The position numbers were made by a program, and so were the translations under genes. A stretch of DNA of 64,000 nucleotides from the human T2T-CHM13v2.0 reference genome, Homo sapiens: assembly GCF_009914755.1 (NCBI RefSeq), contig NC_060947.1, one strand, 5' to 3'. The notes under the pieces were generated by a model that searched no databases, was not told the origin of the DNA, and was given only the letters and a program-made list of their open reading frames with translations. Each line of letters opens with the position of its first letter. Positions within the stretch are counted from its first letter, which is position 1. This document shows, piece after piece, positions 1 through 14,080 of the stretch.

Positions 1-86
1 TCTTATGTTTTCTGTAGTTTCCATAATTCCTGACAGTGACTATACTCAGGAATACATTTCTTCTAAGTATACGAACTCATTGAAAT

Positions 87-861
87 AGGCTCAGTGTTTC
101 TTTTTTTTTAAATTCTATTATTATTATACTTTAAGTTTTAGGGTACATGTGCATAATGTGCAGGTTTGTTACATATGTATACATGTGCCATGTTGGCGTG
201 CTGCACCCATTAACTCGTCATTTAGCGTTAGGTATATCTCCTAATGCTATCCCTCCCCCCTCCCCCCACCCCACAACAGTCCCCAGTGTGTGATGTTCCC
301 CTTCCTGTGTCCATGTGTTCTCATTGTTCAATTCCCACCTATGAATGAGAACATGCAGTGTTTGGTTTTTTGTCCTTGCGATAGTTTGCTGAGAATGATG
401 GTTTCCAGCTTCATCCATGTCCCTACAAAGGACATGAACTCATCATTTTTTATGGCTGCATAGTACACATGAAAAAATGCTCATCATCACTGGCCATCAG
501 AGAAATGCAAATCAAAACCACAATGAGATACCATCTCACACTAGTTAGAATGGCGATCATTAAAAAGTCAGGAAACAACAGGTGCTGGAGAGGATGTGGA
601 GAAATAGGAACGCTTTTACACTGTTGGTGGGATTGTAAACTAGTTCAACCATTGTGGAAGTCAGTGTGGCGATTCCTCAGGGATCTAGAACTAGAAATGC
701 CATTTGACTCAGCCATCCCATTACTGGGTACATACCCAAAGGATTATAAATCATGCTGCTATAAAGACACATGCACACGTATGTTTATTGTGGCACTATT
801 CACAATAGCAAGGACGTGGAACCAGCCCAAATGTCCAACAATGACAGGCTCAGTGTTTCTT
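87..861 (-). mobile_element. 5'-truncated L1PA (L1PA4/5-like) with twin-priming 5' inversion
   Basis: Poly(T) at ~101 and minus-strand L1 3' end to ~464. Plus-strand ORF2 C-terminal segment ~465-845 (ORF 469-879, [36 protein letters not shown]). 16-bp TSD AGGCTCAGTGTTTCTT at 87-102 and 846-861. Confidence 0.93.
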
Positions 862-886
862 AAGCATTTTTTTACCTAAGCTAATA

Positions 887-1096
887 CAAGTTGAGTATTC
901 CAAATTCAAAAATCCAAAATCTGAAACATTTTGAGCACTGACATGAGCTCAAAGGAAATACTCACTGGAGAATTTTGGAATTTGGATTTGGGGATTAAAG
1001 ATGCTCAACTGGTAAGCATGTAATGCAAATATTCCAAAAAAAACAATCTGAAATGCTTCTAGTCCCAAGCATTTCAGATAAGGAATACTCAACCTG
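887..1096 (+). mobile_element. Tigger4a (Zombi) non-autonomous DNA transposon
   Basis: Terminal inverted repeats CAAGTTGAGTATTCC...GGAATACTCAACCTG flanked by TA at 885-886 and 1097-1098. Interior matches the recalled Tigger4a consensus. Confidence 0.8.
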
Positions 1097-1134
1097 TACA
1101 TTCTTCAAAATAAAATCCTTTTCAAAAAAAAAAA

Positions 1135-2466
1135 AAGATGCCATCATTGTTATAGAACAAGGCATGAAAGCCATAAAGCCCCAAACAATAAATTTCTGTT
1201 GGAGAAAACTGTGTCCAGATGTTGTACATGACTTCATAGACTTATGACAGAGCCAATTAAGTTAATCATGAAGTAGATTGCACATATGGCAAAAGCAGGT
1301 GGAAGGGTGAAGGGTTTCAAGATAGGAATATTGGAAAAGTCCAAGAGCTAATAGATACCATGCCACAGGAATTTTAAAATTTTAAAATGACGACTTGATG
1401 GAGATGAGTGCTTCCGAACCAGTGCCAGATTATGAGAAAGAAGATGTAGATGAAGCAGTGCCAGCTATAAAGACACATGCACACGTATGTTTATTGCGGC
1501 ACTATTCACAATAGCAAAGAGTTGGAACCAACCCAAATGTCCAACAATGACAGACTGGATTAAGAAAATGTGGCACATATACACCATGGAATACTATGCA
1601 GCCATAAAAAATGATGAGTTCATGTCCTTTGTAGGGACATGGATGAAGCTGGAAACTATCATTCTCAGCAAACTATCGCAAGGACAAAAAACCAAACACC
1701 GCATGTTCTCACTCATAGGTAGGAATTGAACAATGAGAACACATGGACGTAGGAAGGGGAACATCACACACCGGGGTCTGTTGTGGGGTGGGGGGAGGGG
1801 GGAGGGATAGCATTAGGAGATATACCTAACACTAAATGACAAGTTAATGGGTGCAGCACACCAACATGGCACATGTATACATATGTAACAAACCTGCACG
1901 CTGTGCACATGTACCCTAAAACTTAAAGTATAATAATAATAATAATAAAGAAATTGACACTAGACAATACAGAAGAAGGGTTCTGATTATTCAAGACTGC
2001 TTTTTTACTTCTTTTACAATATGGACTTTTCTATGATATGGGCACTGAAACTAAAGCAAATGGTGGAATAATTGGTACCATATAGGAACATTTTTAGAGA
2101 AATGATAAAGCAAAAAATACAGACAGAAATTATGATGTTCTTCTGTAGTTACAACGAGTGTTCCTGCCTCTCCTGCCTCCCGTTCCACCTCCTCCACCCC
2201 TTCCACCTCTGCCACTCCTGAGACAGTGAGGTCAACCCCTCCTAGTCCTCCTCCTTCTCAGCCTACTCATCTTCACATAAGAATACAGTATATAATATGT
2301 ATAACATAAAAAGTATGTGTTAATTGACTGTTTATGTTATCAGTGAAGCTTCTGGTCAATAGTAGGCTATTAGTAGTTAAGTTTGGGGGAATAAAAAATT
2401 ACACATGGATTTTCGACTGTGCAAGAGTCAGAAGCCCTAACCCCCACATTGTTCAAGTGTCAACTG
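1135..2466 (+). mobile_element. Tigger2 fragment, interrupted by an L1 at ~1464-1949
   Basis: Ends in TTGTTCAAGTGTCAACTG followed by TA (Tigger2-type TIR). Transposase-like acidic interior resumes across the L1 insertion. Confidence 0.75.
1464..1949 (+). mobile_element. L1PA4/5-like 3' end
   Basis: ORF2 C-terminus (ORF 1487-1729), G-rich 3' UTR and (TAA)n tail. Confidence 0.9.
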
Positions 2467-2474
2467 TACTTCCA

Positions 2475-3005
2475 TATTATACAAACTCTTCCTGAGAACA
2501 AATAAAGAGAAAATACTCCCATACTCATGTTTAAGGCAAGTATAATCTTTATATCAAAATCAAACCAAGACAACACACTTACAGACCAATCTCACTCACA
2601 AACATGCTTGTCAAGAACACAAACAAAATATATTAGCAGAACAAATCCAAGAAAAAAAGTAAAGACATGAATCATGTTCAAGGTTGCTTAAATTTTAGAA
2701 AGTATATTATAGAATTCAACAAATTAATAGGTGATAGAAGCAAAATACACTCACTTCAACATGTTCAGAAAAAAATAGATAATATATCCATTCACAATAT
2801 TTTAAAAGTCTCTCAGTAAATTAGGCATAGAATGGAACTTCCTTAGCCTGTTAAGGGGTACTAAAACATAACAAACATACTTAACAGTAAGATATAAAAG
2901 CATTTCCATTTATTTATTGATAGTGAGACAAAAATTGATACAACCATGTTGAAAATGAGTTTGACGTTTTTTATCTAGTAGAGTTGAGGATATGCATACA
3001 CTTTA
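2475..3005 (+). mobile_element. Ancient L1M ORF2 fragments
   Basis: Degenerate A-rich L1 ORF2-like sequence (accaatctcactcacaaacat..., aaattaggcatagaatggaacttcc). Confidence 0.5.
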
Positions 3006-3011
3006 TCCTAA

Positions 3012-3715
3012 AGTAGTGGTTTTCAACAGGCATCTTGCCACCATCAACCGGCATCTTGCCATGTCTAGGGAGTGTGTTGGAAATGTGTATGGGGCAGGTT
3101 GGTTATCACAATGATTGGAGGGGAATTATTGACATTTAGTGGCATCAGAGATATTAGGCATCCTGAAATGTTCAGGACAGTCCCAGGCAATGGAGAATCC
3201 TGCCTAAACTTTTTAATATTAACCTTGACATGCCTACAAATGAAAAACCTGTTTATAATTACCAGAGGCCAGAACCTACCTCCTTTTGTTACATATAAAC
3301 ATGGTATTTTTGCATGAATTTACTATATACTGAATTTTCTAGGAGTAAATCTACCAAGTAAATTGAGAGAACAGTATATTTTCTTTTGTTCAGAAATTTA
3401 TCCAAAATAATTTTTTTAGAAAATCATGTCACCAATGATAATTACACTTTGTGGTATTATATTTGTAGCCGTCACATTCATGGCGATCAATGTATAGGTG
3501 TAAATATTTGGCTACTTCAGGTAGTCATGTTTCAGCATTTACATATTTAAATACATTATTATAAATCACTCGCATTTAATTTTTCCTTTAAATTCTAGTT
3601 AGGACATTGTGCTCATATTTTAAATATGTGTATAGGTAGGTTATGCTATCTATGAATTTCACTTCTGGTTAATAAAGAAATTGGTACAAAATATTTGTTA
3701 CAAAAAGGGAATTGG
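3012..3715 (+). mobile_element. MER20B-like hAT DNA transposon
   Basis: Starts AGTGGTTTTCAAC with MER20-like interior (ttggttatcacaatga..., aggacagtccc). Confidence 0.55.
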
Positions 3716-6607
3716 TAGAGTCTTTCAAGATGGCTGACTAGAGGCACAAGACACTTGACTCCTCCACAAAGAAGAACCAATCAACTGGGAACGACCAACA
3801 TCACAGCTGACAAAAGTTGCAATACTAGTTGAAGCAAATGAGACCAGCCTAAAATTTAACAGAGTAATCTACTGCACGAGACAGCTATACTGGGCTTTAA
3901 ATAAGGTCCTACATATCCCTAGGGGTCTCCAAGTCTGTGCACATGCTTGGGAGAAACTGAACAGTGCCTCACTTATCTACTAGTCTTTGCCTAAATGTGT
4001 GGTGTTATACAGTAGCAAGTAATAGCAAAGGTAGATTTCTAAACTGCGTGAATCTGGAATGTACGCCCCAGCCCACACATGGATACTTTCAGCAAATTGT
4101 GGAACCCTCACTGGCAGAAGGTGTTTAAGCATAACATATGAACAATCACTGGATGACCACTAAAATATGGCCCAGCAGTGACCCCCTGGAAGCTAGCATA
4201 ATAACAACAACAACCAAAAACACTGAGTAAAAGCATCAGAGGCCACACCCTGTGGGGGAGGCCAGAAGGCAGTGGAATAGCAAAATGCTGAAAGAAAAAT
4301 ACCCAAAATTTTCAGGTAAGAATTCTATATCCAGCAAAATTATCCTTCAAAAATCAATGTGAAATAAATAAATTCCACAATACACAAAGACAGAGAATTC
4401 ATTGCTAACAGACCTACCCTACAAAAAATACTAAAGTCCTTGAGCTAAAAGGAAATGACACCAGATGGTAACTTGAATCCATAGGAAGAAATAAAGAGGA
4501 TTAGTAAAGGTAATTATGTAAGTAAACATAAAAGAGAAAATACATACTTTTCTTACTTTCTTTTAAAGGAAAACTACATAAAACAGTATTTTTAAAACTG
4601 TGTTGTTGGGCTTATAACATATTAAGATGTAAAATATACTGCATTAATAGCACAAAGGATGGGTGGAGAAAACTTCCCTGTGTTGCTGAAATTAAATTAT
4701 TATTAATCTAAAGTAGGTTATTTCAAGTTGACATACATATTGCAATCCCCAGAGCATTCAATAAAAAAGCTCTAGAAATTACAGTAAAAACATCAAAAAA
4801 GGATTTAAATGGTATGCAAGAAATTAGCTATATAACATAAAAGAAGGTAATAAAGGAGAAACGGAGGAACAAAGAAGTCAAGAAACATTAATGAAATAAA
4901 TGAATAAAGCCAGATGTACATCTATAAGTATAAATGGGTTAAACAGTCCAATCAAAACAAACATTGTGAGACTGGATGAAAAACACACTCCAAGGATATG
5001 CCATCTACAATAATGGAAAGACACACTTTAAATGTGAAGACATAAACAGGTTAAAAGAATAAAAGAATGAAAAAATTGTATTAAAAAAAAGAGCAACCAT
5101 AAAAGAGCTGGAGTGGTTAAACTGATATCTAGTATCAGACAAAATGGACTTTAAGAAAAAAATGTTATAGAAAAAGAAGGACATTTTATAATGATGAAAG
5201 GTTCTATTCATCAGGAAGATATGTAACTATAAACATATACACATCTGACAACAAAACTCTCCCCAACTAATTCTATGAGGCTGGTCTCTGACATCAAACA
5301 AAACAAATACATTATAAGAAAAGAAGCCTACAATTCAACTTCCCTTATGAATACAAATGCAAAATTCCTTAACAAGATGTTAGCAAATCAAATCCACCAG
5401 TATTTCAAAAAGGATTATATATCATGACAAAGAGAGATTTATTCCAGGAAGGTAAGGTTCGTTTAACACCCCCAAATTAAGGTAATACCCTATGTTACAT
5501 TAGTTAATAATGTATTGTGTAGAATAAAGGACAAAAACCACATGATCATTTCAATAGATGCAGATAAGCCATCTGACAAAATCTAACAGTCATTCATGAT
5601 CAAACATAAAAACTTAACCAATTAGTAAAACTTCCTCAACCTGATAAAGAACATCTACGAAAAATGCACAGCTAACATCACATTTAGTGATGAAGGATTG
5701 AATATTTCCCCTAAGACCAGAAAAAAAACAAAGATGTTCACTCCTGTCATTCCTATTCAACATTATACTGGAGATGCTAGCCAGGGGAATTAGGCAAGGA
5801 AAACAAGTAAAAGGTATCCAGGCTGGGGAAAAAAAATAAGTCAAACTGTCCTTGACATAATCCTGAATGAGAAAACCCTAAGGAATATACCCACACACTC
5901 ACATGCACACATACACATGGACACACACACACACAATATTAAAACTAATAATTCTACTCAACAAAGTCACAGGATACCAAATCAACATGCACAAAGTCAA
6001 TTTGTATTTCTATACACTTGCAAAAAATCATAAAGTGATATTATAAAAAATAATTCACAATAGTACCAAAAATTAAATACTTGGGAATAAATGTAACAAA
6101 AAAGTAAAAGATTTTTACACTGAAAACTACAAAACATTGTTGAGGAAAATTAAAGAAGATCTGAATAAATGGAGAGGTATTTCAAGTTCATGGATTGAAA
6201 AATCCAATACTGTTAGTTGGCAGTTCTCCCCAAACTGATGTATAGATTCAGTGCAATCGCTACCAAAATCAAAGCAGAGGCTGGGCATGATGGTTCATGC
6301 CTATAATCCCAGTACTTTGGGAGGCCAAGGCAGGAGGATAGCTTAAGCCCAAGAGTTTGAGACCAGCCTGGGCAAAATAGGGAGACCACATCTCTACAAA
6401 AATATTGTTAAAATAGCCAGGCATAGTGATGCACATCTGTAGTCCCAGGCACTCAGGAGACTGAGGTGGGAGGATCGTTTGAGCCTGGGAGGTTGAGGAT
6501 GCAATGAGCTGCAACTGTGTCACTGCACTCCAGCCTGAGCAACAGAGCAAGACCCTGTCGAAAGAAAGAAAGAAAAGAAAGAAGAAAAGAAAAGAAAGAA
6601 TGAATGA

Positions 6608-6639
<32 letters not shown>

Positions 6640-7166
6640 GTGACAAGATGATCCTAATATTTATATGGAAATGGAAAGAACCCAGAATACCCAAAACAAT
6701 GTTGAAAAAGAAGAACAAAATTTTAGGATTCACCTTTCTCAATTTAAATACATATTACAATGCCACAATAGTCAAGACAGTAGGGACTGGCATAAGAATA
6801 GAAATATAAACTAATGGAACACAATTGAGAGGTCGGATATAAACCCTTATATTTATGGTCAATTGGTTTTCAAAAAAGGTTCCAAGTCAATTCAACAGGA
6901 AAAGGTTAGTTTTTCAACAAATGATGATAGTACAGTTGGATATCCATATGCAAAAAGATTAATGAAGACCTTCACCTTACACCATACACAAAATAACACA
7001 GAATGAATCAGAGTCATAAACGAAAGACGTAAAAGTATAAAACTTTTAGAAACATAGGAAAACCTTCATGATATTGGATTGGGCAAAGAATTATTAGATA
7101 CAACATCAAAAAACACAATTGACAAAAGAAAAAAAATAACTTGGACTTTATCAAAAATAAAGAACC
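3716..7166 (+). mobile_element. Old L1M/L1MB element, 5' and ORF1/ORF2 remnants (continues at 12785-13705)
   Basis: caagatggctgactagagg 5' motif, ORF1-like aattctatatccagcaaaattatccttc, and ORF2 remnants. Sequence resumes in register after the 7167-12784 insertion. Confidence 0.75.
6279..6640 (+). mobile_element. AluJ with (GAAA)n tail
   Basis: ggctgggcatgatggttcatgcctataatcccag...gcaagaccctgtc, with AluJ-type ggaggatagctt; GAAA repeats 6561-6640. Confidence 0.9.
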
Positions 7167-10100
7167 GAGAGCCCCTCTGCCACTGCCATTGCAGCAGCTC
7201 TGTCCTTGCTGCCCTAAGACTGGGGAAGGAATAAAGAGCCTGAGGGATTTACTTGCACCTCCAACATGCCACAGTTGCCATACAGAATAGAGCCAAGTCT
7301 CTCATCTCTGTGAGCCTCCAACCCCCTGGTCTTCACCAAGCAGGGCCCCTGGCTTGGGCCCACAGAACAGCTGCCCTACCTCGTGGCTGAACATACCCAT
7401 TGTCAGTGGCTCTGTGTTGCTCTGGGGTGGAGCTCCCAGAGGCAAATGAAATGCCCTCTGAGACTGCCACTGCAGTGGTACTGCCTTTGCTGCCCTTGGA
7501 TTGGGGAAGGAACAAAGACCCTGAGTGCTGTACTCATACCTCCATCATGCCACAGCCAACCTAAGAAGAGGCTAGTCTGTCTTCCCTGTGAGCTCCCTTC
7601 TCCCCCTCCCCATTCATCACCAGGCAGGGCTCCCTGGCTCGGGCCCACAATGCAGCCACTCCACCCCAGGATGAATGCTCCAAATGATAGTAGTTCTGCA
7701 TTTCTCTGGAGTGGAGACCCAAAAGACAAGTGAAAGGCCCTCTGCAATTGCCACTGCCAAGGTCCCTGCCCCTGCTGCTCCCAAGCTGGGGAGGGAACAC
7801 AAAGCCTGAGCTCATCTGAAGGCTGCATGTGAAGCCCAAGAGTGTCAAGCCAAGCTCTGCAGCCAGCACTCAAGTGGGAGAGGAGCCCACACCCTCAGAG
7901 CACCAAGAGGGAGCATGGCCGCAAACACAAGGAAATAGAGGAGTCATGTGGCTGAGCAAGAGCCTACCTAATGGCCATTACACTTAAGCACCATCTACTG
8001 GATCACAGCCCAAATTTTGACACCAAAAATACTTACCTAATATATCCCTCTGTGAAACGAAGAACAAGAATTCAGCTACAAATAAAGACCCCGCACAAAG
8101 CTCCAGCACTCTGACAATGTCCAGAAATGAGGTCAACTGACTATACTCAAATCACACCACAGTTAAAGAAACATTAGCCCACACACAGGAGAAAGAACCA
8201 GCACAAGAACTCTGGCAACCCACAAAGCCAGAGTGTCTTTTTTCCTCCAAACAACACTAGTTCCCCAGCAAGGATTCTTAACCAGGCTGAAATGGCTAAA
8301 ATGGCAGATATAGAATTCAGAATGTGGATAGGAATTAAGATCATTTGAGATCCATGAGAAAGTGGAAACTGAATCCAAGGAATTTAAGGATTATAATAAA
8401 ACAATACAGGAGCTGAAAGATGAAATGGCCATTTTAAGAAAGAACCAAACTAATATGATAGAGCTGAAAAACATAATACTGTCCATGAAAATTTCCCAAA
8501 CATCACTAGAAAGGACAACATTCAAATTCAGGAAATTCAGAGAACCTCTGCAAGAACTATACAAAAGGACCATCCCCAAGACACATAGTCATCAGATGCT
8601 CCATCAAGCTAACAGCGACCTTTCAGCAGAAATCTTGCAAGTCAAAAGAGATTGGGGGCCTAGATTCAGCATTCTTAAAGAAAAGAAACTCCAACCAAGA
8701 ATTTCATATCCAGCCAAACTAAGCTTCATAAGCAAAGGAGAAATAAGATCTTTTTTTTAGACAAGCAAATGCTAAGGGAATTCATTACCATCAGGCCTGC
8801 CTTACAAGAGGTCCTTAAGGGAATGCTAAATATGGAAACAAAAGACTATTACTGGCCACCACAAAAACACACTTAAAGACATAGGCCACTGACACTATAA
8901 AGCAACCACGTGATCAAGTGTACATAATAACTAGCTAACAACATGATGCCAGGATCAAATCTGCACATATCAATATTAATCTTAAGTGTAAATGGGCTAA
9001 ATGCCAAAATTAAAAGGTATCCAACGGCAAATTGGATAAAGAAGCAAGACCCGGTGGTATGCTGTCTTCAAGAGTCCCATCTCACATACATCACATACAA
9101 TGACACCCATAGACTCAAAGTAAATGGATGGAGAAAAACCTACAAAGCAAACAAAGAACAAAAAAAAGCAGGGATTACTATTTTAATTTCAGACAAAATA
9201 GACATTAAACCAACAATGATGAAAAAAGGCAAAGAAGGACATTACAAATGGTAAAGAGTCAACAAGAAGACTTAACTATCCTAAATATATATGCACCCAA
9301 CACAGGAGCACCCGGATTCATAAAACCAGTTTTCAGAGACCTATGAAGAAACTTAGATAACTATACAATAATAGTGGGAGATTTCAATACCCCACTGACA
9401 GTATTAGACAGATCCTCGAGGCAGAAAACTAACAAAGATATTTGGGACCTGAACTCAGCATTTGATCAAGTGGAGCTAACAGACATCTACACAACAATCC
9501 ACCCAAAAACAACAGACTATACATTCTTCTCATCTGCAGATAACACATACTCTACTGACCACACAGTCAGCCATAAGACAATTCTCAGCAAATTAAAAAT
9601 TTTTAAAACCAACAAAAACAAAAATCATACCAGCCACATTCTCAGACCACAGCACAATAAAAATAGAAATCTATACCAAGAAGATTGGTCAAAACTATAA
9701 AATTACATGGAAATTAAACAACCTGCTCCTGAATGACTTTTGAGTAAACAGTGAAATTAAGTCAGACATCAATAAATTCTTGGAAACTAATGACAACAAA
9801 GATACAACATGTCAGAATCTCAAAGACATAGCTAAAACAGCATCAAGAGGAAAGATTATAGCATTCAATGATAAAAAAAATGAATGAAATCAATGAGGCT
9901 GGTTCCTTGAAAGAATAAATAAGACAGATGGACTGCTAGCTAGACTAACAAAGAAAAAAAGAGAAGACACAAGTAACCAAAAACAGAAATGATAAAGGGG
10001 ACATCATCACCAACCCCACAGAAATACAAAAAAAAAAAAAAAAAACCCCATCAGAGACTATTATGAACATCTTTCTGCACACAAACTAGAAAACCTAGAA

Positions 10101-12784
10101 TAAACTGATAAATTCCTGGAGACATATAACCTCCTAAGACTGAACCAAGAAGAAATACAAACCCTGAGCAGACCAATAACGAGTTCCAAAATTGAATCAG
10201 TAATGAAAAGCCTACCAACCAGAAAAAAACACAGGTCCAGAAGGATTCATAGCTGAATTCTACCAGACATATAAAGAAGAGCTGGTACCATTCCTATTGA
10301 AACTATTCCAAAGAATTGAGGAGGGACTCCTCCCTAACTCCTTCTTTGAGGCCAGTATCATGCTGATACCAAAACCTGGCAAGGACACAACAAAAAAGGA
10401 AAACTTCAGGCCAATATCCGTGAAGAAAGTAGCATGTCAAAAAGCTAATTCACCAAGATCAAGCAGGCTTTATCCCTGGGATGCAAGGTTGGTTCAATGT
10501 ATGCAAATCAATAAATGTTATTAATCACATAAACAAAACTAAAAACAAAAATCACATGTTCATTTCAATAGATGCAGAAAAGCCTTTTGATAAATTTCAG
10601 CATCTATTCATATTAAAAACCCTCAAAAAACTAGGCACTGAAGGAACATACCTCAAAATAATAAGAGCTATCTATGACAAACCCACAGCCAACATATACT
10701 GAATGAGCAAAACTGGAAGCATTCTCCTTGAGAACTGGAACAAGACAAGGATGCCCACTCTCAACATACTACTGGAAGTCTTGGCCAGAGCAATCAGGCA
10801 AAAGAAAGAAAAAAAAGGCATCCAAATAGGAAGAAAGGAAGTCAAACTATCTATGTTTGCAGACAATATTATTTTATACATAGAAAACCCCTTTGTCTCT
10901 GACAAAAATCTCCTAGATCATATCAACAACTTCAGCAAAGTTTCAGGCTACCAAATCAATGTACAAAAATCAGTAGCATTTCTATACATCAATAATGTCC
11001 AAGCTGAGAACCAAATAAAAAATGCAATCCCATTCACAATAGACATAAAAAAAATAAAATACCTGAGAATACAGCTAACCTGGGAGATGAAAGATATCTG
11101 CAATGAGAATTACAAGACACTGCTGAAAGAAATCGGAGATGATACAAACAAATGAAAAATCATTCCATGCTCACGGATAGGAAGAATCAATATTGTTAAA
11201 ATAGCCATACTGCTCAAAGCATTTTATAGATTCAATGCTATTCTTATCAAACTACCAATGGCATTCTTCACATAATTAAAAAAAATTATTCTAAAATTCT
11301 TATGGAACCAAAAAGGAGCCCAAATAGCCAAAGAAATCTTAAGCAAAAATACAAACTTGGAAGCATCACATTACTTGATATCAAACTATAGAAGTCTACA
11401 GTAACCAAAAGAGCATGGTACTGGTACAAAAACAGACATATAGACCAATGGAACAAAATGGAGAGCCCAGAAATAAGGTTGTGTGCCTACAGCCATCTGA
11501 TCTTTGACGCTGATGAAAACAAGTAATGGGATAGATACTCCCTATTCAATAAATGGTGCTAGGATTGCTGGTTGCTGTGTGCAGAAGATAGAAACCAGAC
11601 GCCTTCTTTACACCATATACAAAAATCAACCCAAAATGGATTAGACTTAAATGTAACAACTAAAACCATAAAAACCCTTGAAGAAGACCTAGGCAATACC
11701 ATTCTAGACATGGGCCCTGTCAAATATTTCATGACAAAGACATCAAAAGCAATGGCAATAATAATAAAAACTGATAAATAGCACCTAGTTAAACTGAAGA
11801 GCTTCTGTACAGCAAAATAACCTATCAATAGAGTAAATAGACAACACACAGAATGGGAGAAAATATTTGCAAACTAGGCATCTGACAAAGTTCTAATATC
11901 TAGAATCTATAAGGCACTTAAATTAACAAGCAAAAACCAAACAACCTCATTAAAAAGTGGGCAAAGGATATGAACAGACACTTTTCAAAAGAAGACATAC
12001 ATGTGGTCAACAAGCATATGAAAAAATGCTCAACATCACTAATCAATGAAAACCACAATGAAATACCATCTTACACCAGTCAGGATGGCTATTACTAAAA
12101 AGTCAAAAATAACAGATGTTGGCGATGGTGCAAAGAAAAGGGAACACTTATACACTGTTGGTGGGAATGTCAGTTAGTTCAGCCACTGTGGGAAGCAGTT
12201 TGACAATTCCTCAAAGAACTTAAGACAGAACTACCATTTGACCCAGCCATCCATTATTGGGTATATACCCAAAGAAATATAAATCGTTCTGCCATAAAGA
12301 CACATGCATGCATATGTTCCTTACAACACTATTCACAACAGCAATGACATGGAGTCAACCTAAATGCCCATCAGTGGTATATGGAATAAAGAAAATTTGG
12401 TACATATACACCATGGAATACTATGCAGCCACAAAAAGAATGAGATCATGTCCTTGGCAACAACATGGATGGAGTTGGAGGCCATTATTCTAAGCAAAGT
12501 AACACAGGAACAGAAAACCAAACACCACATGTTCTCATTTATAAATGGGAGCTAATATTGAGTACACATGGACACAAAGAAGGGGACAATAGACACGGGG
12601 GCCTACTTGAGGATGGAGATTGGGAGGAGGGTGAGGATCAAAAAACTACCTATTGGGTACTATGCTTATTGCCTGTGTGATGAAATAATATGTACGCCAC
12701 ACCCCTGTGACACACAATTTATCTATAGAACCAACCTGCCCCTATACCTCTGAAACTAAAATAAAAGTAAAATAAATAAAAACC
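7167..12784 (+). mobile_element. Near-full-length, inactive L1PA15/16-like element
   Basis: GC-rich 5' UTR with tandem monomers, ORF1 remnant (8362-8760), ORF2 EN/RT/C-terminal remnants (8943-12555) and an L1PA15/16-type 3' UTR. Approximate TSD aaaataaagaacc (7154-7166) / aaataaaaacc (12774-12784). Many stops and frameshifts. Confidence 0.88.
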
Positions 12785-13705
12785 TTTGCCCTTCAACATA
12801 CAGTAGTAAGAAAATGAAAAGACAAACCACAGACTTGGAGAAAATATTTTCAAACTACATATCTGATAAAGGACTTGTATATAAGCAACTCTTACATCTC
12901 AATAGTAAGGAAGCAAACAACCTAATCAGAAATGGGCAAAATATGTGAGGAGACATTTCTCCAAAGAACATATACAAATATCTAACAAGCAAATAAAAAG
13001 ATGCTCAATTAGCCATTAAGGAAATGCAAATCTAAATCACAATGAGATACTTCTCCACACCCTCAAGAATAGCTACACATTTGAAAAAAACAAAACAAAA
13101 CGGGGAAATAACAAATATGGTGATGATGTGAAGAAATACATTGCTGGTGGTTCATATAAATCTAGTAACTGTAAAATAGTACAGCCCCTTGGGAAAACAG
13201 TTTGGCAGAAAATTAAACATACAGTTATAATATGACCAAGTAATTCCACTCATAGGTGTTTAACCAAGAGAATTGAAAACGAATGTCCACCCAAAAACTT
13301 GCACACAAACGTTCATAGCAGCTTTATTCATAATAGCCAAAAGATAGAAACAATCCAAGTGTTCATCAACTGATGACTAGATAGACAAAATGTAGTATAC
13401 TGATGCAATGGAATATTACTCAGCTATAAAAAGGAATGAAGTATTTATATATGCCACAACATTAATAAACTTTGGAGACATTATTTAGATGAAATTTTCA
13501 GGATAGGCAAATCCATAGGCACAGAAAGTAGATTAGTGGTTGTCTGATGCTGGGAGTAGTAATGAAGACTGACTGCAGATGGGCAAGGAAGATGTCACTG
13601 ACGTGATGCAAATGTTTTAAAATTAGATTGTAGTGATGGTTGCACCACCCAATAAATTTATAAAATCACTTTAAATATGCAAATTTTATGGCATGTAAAT
13701 TATCC
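12785..13705 (+). mobile_element. 3' part of host L1MB/L1ME element
   Basis: aaaatgaaaagacaaaccacagac...aaaattagattgtagtgatggttgcac, an L1MB7/8-like 3' UTR. Confidence 0.75.
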
Positions 13706-13929
13706 TAAATACAATATTTAAACACTGTGAGCATCAAGAAAAAAAGAGAACTTTCATCTCCTTACTTTGACAATTTATTAGGGATCATACAGAGGTCATT
13801 AGGCTGTTTGTTGTTGTTGCTGTGGTGGTGGTGGGTTGTGGTTTTCCCATGAGAGTCGAGGGTCATGCAACCATTTGGTCTTTTAAAATAAAAATTTTTA
13901 AATCAATTAAAAAAGAATATTGCTGGCTT

Positions 13930-14080
13930 GAAATTTGGAGTAGTCATGGGACAAAGAGAAGTGGATGGATTTTTTAAAATATTCAGGATGTAGAAGTGAC
14001 AAGATTTTGTAGCAGTTAGATATAGGGAGTGGGGAAAGGTGAGGAGGCCTCAGACTGAGTATGCTTAAAGTTGAATTCCT
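13930..14080. mobile_element. L2 fragment
   Basis: gagaagtggatggattttttaaaatattcaggatgtagaagtgacaagatttt resembles the L2 consensus. Confidence 0.5.

Noticed and set aside
8362-12555. Long ORFs with endonuclease and reverse transcriptase motifs as functional CDS (also 52124-53549 and 63591-63965)
   Set aside because: They are frameshifted, stop-riddled L1 ORF1/ORF2 fragments; no intact ORF.
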